Source: Nitrospirales bacterium
Lineage (GTDB): Bacteria > Nitrospirota > Nitrospiria > Nitrospirales > UBA8639
DNA length: 64,000 nt
Assembly (NCBI GenBank): GCA_965203295.1
Contig: CBDBCZ010000017.1
Coordinates: 1,120,001-1,184,000, forward strand
Reading direction: 5' to 3'
The notes under the pieces are model-generated. The model saw only the letters and a list, made by a program, of their open reading frames with translations. It did not search any database and was not told the DNA's origin. The position numbers were made by a program, and so were the translations under genes. This document shows, piece by piece, positions 28,590-39,922 of the stretch (the stretch's first letter is position 1; each line of letters opens with the position of its first letter).

Positions 28590-29860
28590 ATTCATACATG
28601 AGTGAAGCCTACCTGTTTAATATTTGCATATTTACATGAGACACTAAAGCCCAGGTGCCCTTTGGTGCACACATGTGCAGAGCCCAAAAGACACATGCAA
28701 TATTATATAGCAAATGGCAGTCACTACATGCACTTCTGAGCCTTAGTCATGGAGTACGGTAGTACTCCATATGTAGGGATGGGCCTGCAAAAAAATGGCT
28801 TCCCCATTAAATGTGTACAAAATGACATGTTAAGAACTCTGCTGTAGGCAAAGTCTAGGGCTAATATGAGCCTTGCCAGTTATTCTCGAGCGTTGTCATC
28901 ATTAGCGAGACTGTTAACTCTGCCGAAGAATATCTCTAAAGTACCAAAGCGGCAAGTGGCTAAAACGGGCAGACGGTCTATCTTGTCGTTCTTGTTCTTT
29001 CAGACAGGATAGCACAATAACGACTGAAGTGATTAGAAAGATTCCAACACGAACGGGCATGATTGACCCTCGGGTAGTGCCTTTTGGGTATAGCGCCTTC
29101 AATGAACTGGATTTAGTTCAGCAGTGATAACGATCACTCTCGAGTGGACGCTTGCCACTCACACGCCATTTTACTGTAAGATTATACGCATGCGCAAATT
29201 GCCTGCCAGCACGTGTTCAGTGGTCTATTTAAAGCCTACCTTGGATCGAGTGGAAGTGCGAAAGTGTCTGAAATTCGTGTATTTGCTGATCTTCTTGGAA
29301 TTACAAGGTATTTTGCATGCAGTATGCCTAGTTAAACGACTCAGCCTATCAGCATGTTCAGAGAGCCTGTGCACTTCCCATTGATGACAAACTTAATGGC
29401 AGATGTGTAGTAGCCAATGAAATCAGCAGCTCTGAATATGAAGGCAGTAAGGGCCAGCAGTCTGTGAAATGGCACTGTAGTAGTGAGTGCAACACAGTCA
29501 CTGAAGCAGAAGTAGCTGCCATAGTTCACCTCAAGCAGGCATTTGAGGACGCTTCTCACCCAAGTTCACCCCAACACAACTCTGCACTTTATACTGATAA
29601 CCTCAACAACACCCAGTATCATTCTACTCGTGCCAATACGTTCACATACTTCCATACATCTGCAACACTATACATCACAACACTTCTTTATACACAATAA
29701 AACGCCCCACATGTACATCCTTGTACACAAATACAAAACAATCCAAACTCAGAAATCTACTGGCCAACCCCACTCATAATAACATCAACACTCCATAACA
29801 CTCCAAATCCTTTCATGCCATCTCCCCAAAAAACGCCCCAAAACAAGTTACAGAAAAAGC

Positions 29861-30812
29861 ACTTTCCAAAAAGTGCAAAAACCAGTCATGTAGGGATGCA
29901 CTTCTAGCAAAAAACACTTTCCCAAAAACCAACGAAACAAGCGACAATGCCCACCGGAAGGCGTGCACAGACTACCCACACATCACAGCGCGATGCATTT
30001 ACCGCGTACCTACCATCCCTACATCTTTCCAACCACACCCATCACAAACCATACCACACACCCATACACAACACCCTTCAACACACACCACCATCCACAA
30101 TCATCACCATCCTCAACCGTTATACCACAACAACCACCCTCACATCCACTTCCACAATGATTACATACTTCACAAAACACAACGCCCCACGCTACAGCCA
30201 ACCCAAATCTCCACAGCAACACTACTCCCATCAAAACCCACTCTGCTCCATAAATCCCACTCACAAGCATAAACCAACCAGAGACACAACACGCAACACT
30301 CCCAATGAATATCACCGCAACAAACCTTCACACCAACACGAACAACACACCACATTCAACTCCACAACTCCCAATCTAGCTACACTTTACCAAACACTTG
30401 CACCCACATCGACCTCCCCTTTAAAGAACATCCACACACACCACAACACTCAACCATCCATCTCCAAACACTCCCAAACCCCTATACAAACACCACTCTC
30501 AACCACTCACTTGTCCAATATCTACACAATCAACACTTTCACCTACCATGCGCCAACACATGCACTCACTCAGTAGCAGCACATAAACACAGACACTACC
30601 ACTATTCCCATCTCATATAGACATCATTGGAGGGGTGTGGTTGGAAAGATGTAGGGATGGTAGGTACGCGGTAAATGCATCGCGCTGTGATGTGTGGGTA
30701 GTCTGTGCACGCCTTCCGGTGGGCATTGTCGCTTGTTTCGTTGGTTTTTGGGAAAGTGTTTTTTGCTAGAAGTGCATCCCTACATGACTGGTTTTTGCAC
30801 TTTTTGGAAAGT
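29861..30812. repeat. 180-bp perfect inverted repeat (29861-30040 / 30633-30812) around a G-depleted spacer
   Basis: The arms appear to be exact reverse complements by eye; the ORF track shows DALLAKNTFPKTNETSDNAHRKACTD on the minus strand of the right arm. Confidence 0.9.
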
Positions 30813-32939
30813 TTATATAATAGTTCTCTTACCATAAACTGCACTCTGGATAGGACTAGAGCTCTAGCTGTCAACTTTTATTTTTTTCCTGTGATCAATG
30901 AGCAGGTCATGACCAGCTATAATATACACGTATATATATAAACAGCTACAGCTGACAGTAATGTAAAAGAAACCTTACCCTGCCCACGTGAGATTTAAGC
31001 AACTGGGAATGAGGCTACAAAGTAGCATGATGGTTGCAGATCATGTGAAGAGCAGTATATAGTAACTGTATGCATAGTACTGCAGCATGAGAATGATGTT
31101 GTTTCTTTTTGTTTATAATTAGCTTGAATTAATGTACAATGTCATGTAGAGTGCAGTTGTGGCAAGACGATAAGTGAGAGGAGAACAGCATAATTATACG
31201 TACAATGTAGTGAGCTGGACAGCTGTAGAAATGTGGATATATAATGCCATGCCATTATATATCCTCATATCTACAGCTGTTACTAACAGTGCAGTTAGTA
31301 ATTATCATGAGTTCAAAGTTATAGCTATACCGTTTAGCACTCAGATACAAACTCTGTTCTTTCTTGGTGACTATAGTTAAACGTTGTTGGACTGATTGGT
31401 GCATGATTTCTCTGTGTTAGTCTAAGAGTCTTGATGGCATTGGTTGATACATAGACCCTGATTGGGAAGTACATAGTGTACGTACTTGTTAAATGTGGAA
31501 TATTAATTATTATTCTGTAACTACCACACTGTGTAGGCAGTTCAAAGATGCCGGGTACCGGTACCATGAAATCTCTGCATACCCACAAGCTAGTGTGCAT
31601 GAATGTGTAGTACAAGCCACTTAGAAGCCAGAGTATAATTATACAGGAAACCCACAAGTCTGAGTGCATGGGTAGTGTATTATTAGTGTCGTATTTACAT
31701 TTGTGGGAGTTCAAGTAGCTTTCTTTTGACTTCTTTGCATGCTACCTGTCACCCAGCAGGCCAGCATCTTTTAAACAACACAAACATACTATACTTCAAA
31801 GGTCTCCCCACTAATATAACCTGAACTGCCTATACTACGTAATAAATAGGTATAGTTGCTGAATAGATATCCCCACTGCATTGGTACATGCATGTTACCA
31901 TACAGACAGATTTTTCTGAGCTTTATATCTCGCTGAACATAGGCACACAAGCCATCATATTTAGGCCAAACCCTCTACCCCACCCATGTACCAAGTAGGT
32001 TTGATCATCATGGCTGGCATGGCCATGATCAAACCTGAAGTCCAAATCCTAACATGTGCTTAATTTCTTAACCAAATACAGATTCTATTATTAATTTAAA
32101 CCTTAATAAATTAATAATTGTTTATTACGGTGAATAAATTATGTTATCAGGGTGAAACCATGCATGCAGCATATAATAGGTGCATGATGACGAATTCTCA
32201 AGTGTGGTCCATTTCAACATGGACCCTGCATTATAGAGTTGTATACATATTGCCTAATTAAAAGTGAATGCATGCAGGCATTCTCACCCCCACCCACATG
32301 CAGTCAAGGCTGGTAGGGCAGGGAACAAGACTATTATTATAGTGCTAAGTATAGCTATACCTGTATTAACTGATTGCTCATCCCATCCATGTACTAGCTA
32401 GTGATCAATGCACAGTGCAGTTGTCTGTTTGCAAGCCTTTTAAATTAGCAGCATACTACTGTAACACCTGCATGGGCTACCCCGCAAGACTATATATATG
32501 CAATCTCAACTTCTGGTTGGAGGAGAAGGGCCAGTGGCAGTGTGTAGGGTGTGTTGTGCCTATAACATAATTTTGTATAATTATAGCTAGGACTTACCAA
32601 TCATATGCATTGCCATGCAATGCCAAGTACAAGTATCAGGGAATGGAAATTAAAAGATTATACCCCCATCCCAGACCACTGCATCCACCATTCACTGTAT
32701 ACTGGGGTATGGAGGTTGCAATGTTTGTCCAGTGCAGTGGGAACCCGACAGTACTGTAACTGTGCATATTGTTAGCCTTTGATTCTGTTAGCCTTATCGG
32801 AAACTTCCTAATTTATTTGTAAATAGTATTACCACTAATTGGGAAGCTTGTATGAGTTTAAAGTTATTGTAGTACTTCTGAGGAAGATCAATTAGGAATA
32901 CCCATCTGGTCAGCCAGTCAGATGCTCATTATGATAATC

Positions 32940-33390
32940 TTTTGTATAAGCTTTCCACTTGCAAGATTCTAAAGCAGCTCACTGCCTCAGAAGTTTTAGG
33001 AAGTCTTTGAAAGATTCCTAACCAATCATTAGAAAGCTTTTAAAAGCTTCCCAATTGTTAGTAAACTTGCAAGTTTCTAGGGCATCTCACTGCCTCGGTT
33101 TCCTAACCAATAATTAGGAAGCTTTTCCAATTGTTAGTAAACAAGATTCTAAAGGCATCTCACTGCCTCCCAAAAATTAGACAGTTTAAATGCATACTTC
33201 CTAACCTTTTATTGGAAAGCTTTTCCAATTATTGTTAAACTTGTACTAAGATTCAAAGGCATCTCACTGCCTCAGAAATATACAAACTTCCTAATTAAAA
33301 GAGGAAACTTTTTAAGCTTCACAGTTATTGGTGAGTTTATATATTAAATGAGTCTGAGACATCTCACATGTAAAGTAGACTGCCTCAGAA
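32940..33390 (+). repeat. Degenerate ~70-100 bp minisatellite (second copy 38880-39300)
   Basis: Recurrent CAAGATTCTAAAGGCATCTCACTGCCTC..TTCCTAACCAAT..AAGCTTTTCCAATTGTTAGTAAAC units. Confidence 0.75.
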
Positions 33391-33421
33391 GTATAATCAT
33401 GGAGTTCGGTAGTATTCCAAA

Positions 33422-33668
33422 GGCCTTGCCCCCAAGGCCCAGGGGAGAGGGACACACAAACTTGGTATTATAACACTAGCTGAGATTGTTGGGTCCATAT
33501 CATGCGATAAAAATGGCCTCGCTGCACTCAGCAATAATTACACTAGGATGTCAGTCTTGCTGTCATGCACTGTCAGCTGTGCCATTTACATGTGTACTCC
33601 ATGCAGTTTATTCTAGAGTGATACCCATGACGTGTGTTGTAATAATATTAGGTACATATATCTGTGCA
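33422..33668 (+). pseudogene. Orphan copy of intron 6 and the start of exon 7 of the SnoaL-HDEL gene (second copy ~39329-39562)
   Basis: Matches 26930-27192 up to TAGGTACATATA(C/T)CTGTG, then switches to sequence matching 28600-28720. Confidence 0.7.
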
Positions 33669-34297
33669 AGAACTGTTGAGTGCATGAAGCCTACAATGTT
33701 ACTGGTAACAGTACCTGTTATTTGCATACTTTTAAATTATAGGAGACACTAAAACCCAGGCGCCCTTGGTACACACATGTGCAGAGCCAATACTATATAT
33801 ATAGCAAATGGCAGACCACTTACTGTAGTACCCATCGTATGTCTGAATAATAATTATATTATTACAAATTAGTATTTGTTGAACTCGCTCGCTGCCGCTC
33901 GCTCTGTACAGATAGATAACGTGTTGATCTGTATCTCGGTGCGATATAATAATTGCGTCCATGCATGCGTATTTAATAGTTATCAAACTGCATGGCATGG
34001 TTTGCACTTAGCCTCGAACCCAGCCGTCCCAGCTTTTTTCGCTTGCAGGAATTGGGTTCGAGCTGCTAGTTTGCACTAACTCACAGGACCATACAGCCAC
34101 CAACCTTTGCGTAATCGAGCACGCTCGAAGTGCTCCTTTGAGCTGCCATCATGATAATCCCAAAGCATACAGCGGTCGAAGTCGTCCAAACGCATGCAAC
34201 GGTCAAAGTGCTAATTAATTAGTTAAGTACTCATTATGATGACAAATAGAGTCTTCGGGCGTATTCTCGCGCAATCGCGCTTTTTTTAGCGGATCCG

Positions 34298-34451
<154 letters not shown>

Positions 34452-34612
34452 GGACAGAACTGTAACGCCAAAATATTGATAACAGTTGAACAGAAACAGT
34501 ATTATTTAAACTGCATGAATTCTAACTTTCCTAACCTAAACATCAATTAATAAGTCCAGCCAACTGCAGCAGTCATATGTACAGCAGCGTACAGTACGTA
34601 GCTGCTCAAGTC

Positions 34613-35245
34613 TCAAACAACGCTTTTGTCGAGAACGACGACTTCATTGACGTGGGTCACCCAGAAGCACGAATCGGAGTCCGAGCAGCCCTCGTGGCTG
34701 AAGAACACAACCGGGAAGACGTTGCCGTCATCGGTCGATTTGACCATGCTGAACATCAGCTTGGCCCTGTGGGAGCTGTTCACCACGTCGTGGCAGAAAG
34801 CGGGGCTCGTGTTGAAGCTGTGGCAGACCAGCTTGATTGCGGCGGGGGAGATGGCTTTCGAAGTCAGTACCTCCACGAACTTTCCTTCCAGAACAGCGGG
34901 CTCGAGTTGGACCACGATGGAGTCTTCGTCCACCTTAGATTGCAGGTACGCGTGCATCTCGTACTTATCCGAGAAGATTTCGGCAGGCAGAATATAGTCC
35001 GCAAGCGCATCAGACTGACCGTAATAGTATTCGTGCCTGAGGCCGTCGGCTGTAGTACGCATTTTGCCTGCATGCGTAATCAAAGGTCCCCACGTAGTAC
35101 CCACGACCGGAATGCCAGCATCTGCCTTCGAGTTTTGATTCGGCGCCGGCGCGGCATATTCCTGAGCGTACTGTGGACGGCGCCACGGGGTCCCGGAAAC
35201 GGCGGCGAGGAGAACGGCGAGAGACAGTGCGAGCAGATAGGCCAT
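34613..35245 (-). CDS. Secreted, intronless BURP-domain-like protein, copy 1, 210 aa
   Basis: GC-rich ORF conserved in both duplicates, with signal peptide MAYLLALSLAVLLAAVSG. The C-terminal half has EMHAYLQSKV..LVCH-x8-CH-x30-SH-x12-TH-VNEVVVL, resembling plant BURP ESMVDF.TS.LG..V.CH-x10-CH..CH..CH..VVW. The gene call is strong; the BURP assignment is by-eye motif similarity only. Confidence 0.7.
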   Translation of the reverse strand: MAYLLALSLAVLLAAVSGTPWRRPQYAQEYAAPAPNQNSKADAGIPVVGTTWGPLITHAGKMRTTADGLRHEYYYGQSDALADYILPAEIFSDKYEMHAYLQSKVDEDSIVVQLEPAVLEGKFVEVLTSKAISPAAIKLVCHSFNTSPAFCHDVVNSSHRAKLMFSMVKSTDDGNVFPVVFFSHEGCSDSDSCFWVTHVNEVVVLDKSVV

Positions 35246-35591
35246 GATGAAACGGGCTGCAAGACAGTAATATGGGACGGTGATTACCAAACTTCTCGAG
35301 TTTAAGCACTTTCGGCTCGATTTCTGTCGCTTGTACCGGTTAGATCCGCTCTCTTATAGTCCCCGGGCAGCCCTGGCCATGCGAAAACCTCGCATGAAAC
35401 CCTAATTTCACAAGCCAGGCTTTTACCGGCCTCCGGAACCTTTAATTTGTGGGGGCTTCTGAGAGCGTGTATAAGTAGACAACCAACGCTGCTGCAGCAG
35501 CATTCGTATACAGCGGCATTCACAGCAGACCGGCGAACTACAGGCTATATCGACCGAAAGAACGTTCGAGACTTTCAGGAGCAGAGTAAAG
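35246..35591. promoter_or_regulatory. Bidirectional promoter between BURP-like and peptide genes (copy 2: 42561-42844)
   Basis: 346 bp (copy 1) and 284 bp (copy 2) separate the divergent ATGs. TATA-like boxes face both ways: minus-strand CTATAAGAG ~35351-35359 and CTATAAAAG ~42663-42670; plus-strand TATAAGTAG ~35470 and ~42755. Confidence 0.55.
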
Positions 35592-36169
35592 ATGAAGCTA
35601 TTGGCCATTTTAGTGATCATCGGCGTGGGAATCCTAGCCACTGCTGAGAGTGCTCCGGCTCGCGGTGATCGGAGGTTCGCATTCTCATCATTAAATCGTT
35701 ACGCACCTAGACTGATAATTATTACGCATATTATATTATGCGCAATCTATTTAATATATTGTACATTGCATGCGCGTGCGCCTATAGTTGACCAATGTTT
35801 TATTCCTCCATACAGCTATAATTTCCCGTATGCCGCGCAGATCGTCAATATTCTCTGCTACAGCGAGCTTGACTGTCGCGGTGCTGAAGTTGTTGTAGCT
35901 GACTCGATTTGCTGCGCTGATAGATTCGGGCTAAGCTACGAGTACGAATTTGATCCACAGTGCTACAATTGGTATGTAAACATATTTGAAATTCTCATAC
36001 ACTACATTATGAATGTGCGCATATTATGCTGTCAAGTAGTATGTGCATGCAATTCATATAATTGCGCAAGTGGTACTGCAAAAGCCATGCATTGTTCACT
36101 CCCAAACCGTTGTTCATTCCAATGTGCAGCTTGAGGAGCCGCCGTCCACCTGCTTTTGGCTATCAGTAA
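35592..36169 (+). CDS. Secreted 6-Cys peptide precursor (recifin A / Tyr-lock-like), copy 1, 92 aa
   Basis: Exons 35592-35674, 35816-35971, 36130-36169 with two phase-2 GT-AG introns give MKLLAILVIIGVGILATAESAPARGDRSYNFPYAAQIVNILCYSELDCRGAEVVVADSICCADRFGLSYEYEFDPQCYNCLRSRRPPAFGYQ*. The splice sites are conserved in copy 2. Confidence 0.8.
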
Positions 36170-39100
36170 TGGCTCCAAGATCGATTGACGTATTGACTCC
36201 GCCTCGAAGTGTAATGGATTCATTGGACACTAGACCAAAAAGAACGTTAAAATTTTCTTTTTGTAGGCCACTGTTGCAGAACATTAAGCAATGCAGCTGT
36301 TTTTTTTTGTATTGTATTGTTGAAATAATTATACAATCATGTATTAATACTTGTTTATAAAAGATTGTTTCATTACAATAACTTTTTTCAAGTGATCCAT
36401 ACATTAATAAATTAATAATGTGCTCATCCAGTACACTCCATTTGCATGCTTGTCCAGCAGCTGGCAAGTAAATAATACTTTGTCGTCCTGTAGCACTCGA
36501 CTATGGTCCTACACGCAGGTTTATACATTGTCAAAGAGAAGTTATTTAACCTAATACTAGCCCCCAACAAAATTAAATTAGCTGGCTATATAGATCAATT
36601 CGATTATTAATTTTAACAGACTCAAGATTCCTGGGAACGTTTGTATACAGAGATTAAAAATTGGCATGCATTTTTCAGAATGGTAACCCCCAATGCAGGT
36701 TTAGCTATAATACTCAGCACACCCTTACAGCTCACCTTGCCCATGGAGATGTCCGGGCCAATAGTTTAACTTCCCCTGGGTAACTGGAAGTGAGGATTAA
36801 TGCTTCAAAGACAGACCCCTTTCGGCGTGTAGTTACGGTGTATTTGGGGGTGTCGGGCGCAGTTTTTTGCCCAGTGGCAGTATTATTTTCTTACATGGTT
36901 AAGGGTCGCGGGAGAATAGATGGGCTCGGTAGTACCTTGCCCTCCGGGTATGCTCATATGGTGACCCAGCACTACATGCTGCCAAACGTTATGGTGAGTT
37001 GAGGTCAGGTAAGTGGTATGGGCAACGCGTTGCCGTACTAAGTAACGGGAGTCCATTAACTGCACTATGCATGGATACAACTAGCAGCTCTATAGCTGTC
37101 AACTTTTATTTTTTCCTGTGATCAATGAGCAGGTCATGACCAGCCATAACCTTATACATGTATGAGAATGTTTTTTTTTGTTTAGCTTGAATGAATGTAG
37201 ATTGCAGTTGTGGCAAGACGATAAGTGAGAGGGAAAGCAGCATACTTATACATGCAATGTAGCGAGCTGGACAGCAGTAGAAATGAGGATATAATTATAA
37301 TGGCACTGTTACAGTAATTATCATGAGTTCAAAGTTACAGCTACCGTTTAGCACTCAGATACAAGCTCGGTTCTTTCTTGGCGACTATTGTTGGACTGAT
37401 TGGTGCATATATTTGTTCACAGGAAACCCTATTTCCTCTGTGTTAGAATTTTGATGGTATTGGTTGATACATCTGACACTGATTGGGAAGTACATATAGT
37501 GTACGTACACTTGTTAAATGTGGAATATTTAAAGTACATATAGTGTACGTACACTTGTTAAATGTGGAATATTTAATATAATAGTTAAAGGTCAGTGTGG
37601 GTGAGGGGAATTTAAAGTCCGAGGCGAAGCCGAGGAGTTTAACCCCTCACCCAAACTGACCTTTAACTGATTTAATGTGCATTGGTATAGCGTGGGAAAA
37701 AGTGGTTGCCATGGTAATGTACGTTAATATTCTGTAACTACCACACTGTGTAGGCAGTTCAAAGATGCCGGGTACCGGTAGCATGAAATCTCTGCATACC
37801 CACAAGCTAGTGTGCATGAATGCATGTGTAGTACAAGCCACTTAGAAGCCAGAGTATAATTATACAGGAAACCCACTGAGACATCATTGACGAGTCTAAG
37901 TGCATGGGTTTCCTGCGTGCTTTTGCATTTGTGGGAGTTCAGGCAGCTCAATTAGGTTTTCTTTAATTTGACTTCTTTGAATGCTATATACCTGTCACCC
38001 AGCAGGCCAGCATCTTCGAACAACACCAACACACTATACTTCATGCAAAGGTATCCCCACAAAAACATACCCCGAACTGCCTATACTTGCTGAACAGATA
38101 TCCCTGCTGCATATATCTCCCAAGGCCCGGGAGAGAGGGACACACAAATTAAACAGTGAAAGTGTTATAAGCTAATCATGTGGGTAGGAACTTCATAGAT
38201 CCTGAAGTTCAAATCCTAATAATGCTTAAATTTCTTAACCAATTTGAAATACATATCTATTAACATTCAAGGCTGGCAGGGCTGGGAACAAGACTATTAT
38301 AGTGCTAAGTATAGCTATACCTGTATTAACTGATTGCTCATCCCATCCATGTACTAGCTAGTGATCAATGCGCAGTGCAGTTGTCTGTTGCAAGCCTTTT
38401 TTAAAATCAGCAGCATACCACTAACACCCTGCCAGGGCTGTCCCGCGAGACCATGCAATCTGGCCTGTCCTCAACTTCTGGTTTGGAGGAGTAGGGCCAG
38501 TGGCAGTGTGTAGGGTGTGTTGCGTTTATAATATAATTTGTATAGGACTTACCAATCATATGCATTGCTATGCAATGCCATGTACAAGTATCAGGGAATG
38601 AAAATTAAAAGATTATACCCCCCCCCCCCCAGACCACTGCATCCACCATTCACTGTTACAGGAGCATGCATGGAGGTTGTTTGTCCAGTGCAGTGGAAAT
38701 ACGACAATACTGTAACAGTGTATACTGTTAGCCTTTGATTTTGCGAGCCTTATGAAACTTCCTAATTTATTTGTAAATGGTACTACCACTACTTGTAATT
38801 TAATTTAAAAAGTAGTACTTCAGAGGAAGGTCTGGCTGGTACTCATCTGGTCATGCAGCCAGTCAGATGCTCATAATCTTTTGTAAGCTTTCCACTTGCA
38901 AGATTCTAAGGCAGCTCACTGCCTCAGAAGTTTTAGGAAGTCTTTGAAAGCTTCCTAACCAATCATTAGAAAGCTTTTAAAAGCTTCCCAATTGTTAGTA
39001 AACATGCAAGATTCTAGGGCATCTCACTGCCTCAGTTTCCTAACCAATAATTAGGAAGCTTTTCCAATTGTTAGTAAACAAGATTCTAAGGAATCTATTA

Positions 39101-39922
39101 AATGCTTCCTAACCATTTATATTAGAAAGCTTTTCTAATTATTGTTAAACTTGTACTGAGATTCAAAGGCAACTCACTGCCTCAGAAATTTAAAAACTTC
39201 CTAAACAGAAAACTTTTTAAGCTTCACAATTATTGGTGAGTTTATATAAATGATTCTGAGACATCTCACATGTAGCTAAAGCAGACTGCCTCAGAAGTAT
39301 AGTCATGGAGTTCGATAGTATTCCAAAGGCCTTGCCCCCAAGGCCCAGGGGAGAGGGACACACAAACTTGGTATTATAACACTAGCTGAGATTGTTGGGT
39401 CCATATCATGCGATAAAAATGGCCTCGCTGCACTCAGCAATAATTACACTAGGATGTCAGTCTTGCTGTCATGCACTGTCAGCCGTGCCATTTACATGTG
39501 TACCCCATGCAGTTTATTCTAGAGTGATACCCATGACGTGTGTTGTAGTACATATACCTGTGAAAGAACTGTCGAGTGAAGCCTAAAATGTAGCTACCAG
39601 TTATTTGCACATTAATTTTATGAGACACTAAAACCCAGGCGCCCTAGCTTGGTACACATATATGCAGAGCCCAATTTAAAATACACATGCAATACTATTA
39701 TTAATAAATATAGCAAATGGCAGACCACTTACTGTAGCACCCATCGTATGTCTAGTTCTGTCTGTCCGTGTGTGTGTGTGTGTAATGGATGTGACGTCCA
39801 CTAGTGTTATATTACCAACTTTGTGTGTCCCTCTCCCCCGGGCCTTGGAAGCCTTAGCAAGGCCTTTGGAATACTACCGAACTCCATGATTATACTTCTG
39901 AGGCAGTCTGCTTTACATGTGA

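Noticed and set aside
29400..29550. Cys-containing coding-like fragment KWHCSSEC..EVAAIVHLKQAFE
   Set aside because: Probably a transposon ORF remnant, but too short to assign.
29947..30576. 209-aa Thr/His/Pro-rich mucin-like ORF
   Set aside because: It is open mainly because the tract is poor in G and T, and it has no ATG start or signal peptide.
32940..33390. Possible CRISPR-like array
   Set aside because: The units are degenerate, the intervening parts are also repeated, there are no cas genes and the context is eukaryotic. It is a minisatellite.
34577..35305. 242-aa plus-strand ORF (and 41967-42566)
   Set aside because: Antisense shadow of the GC-rich BURP-like gene; its start is not conserved between copies.
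35592..36134. 180-aa unspliced ORF for the peptide gene
   Set aside because: It reads through two introns. Copy 2 has stops and a microsatellite in intron 1, so only the spliced model is conserved.
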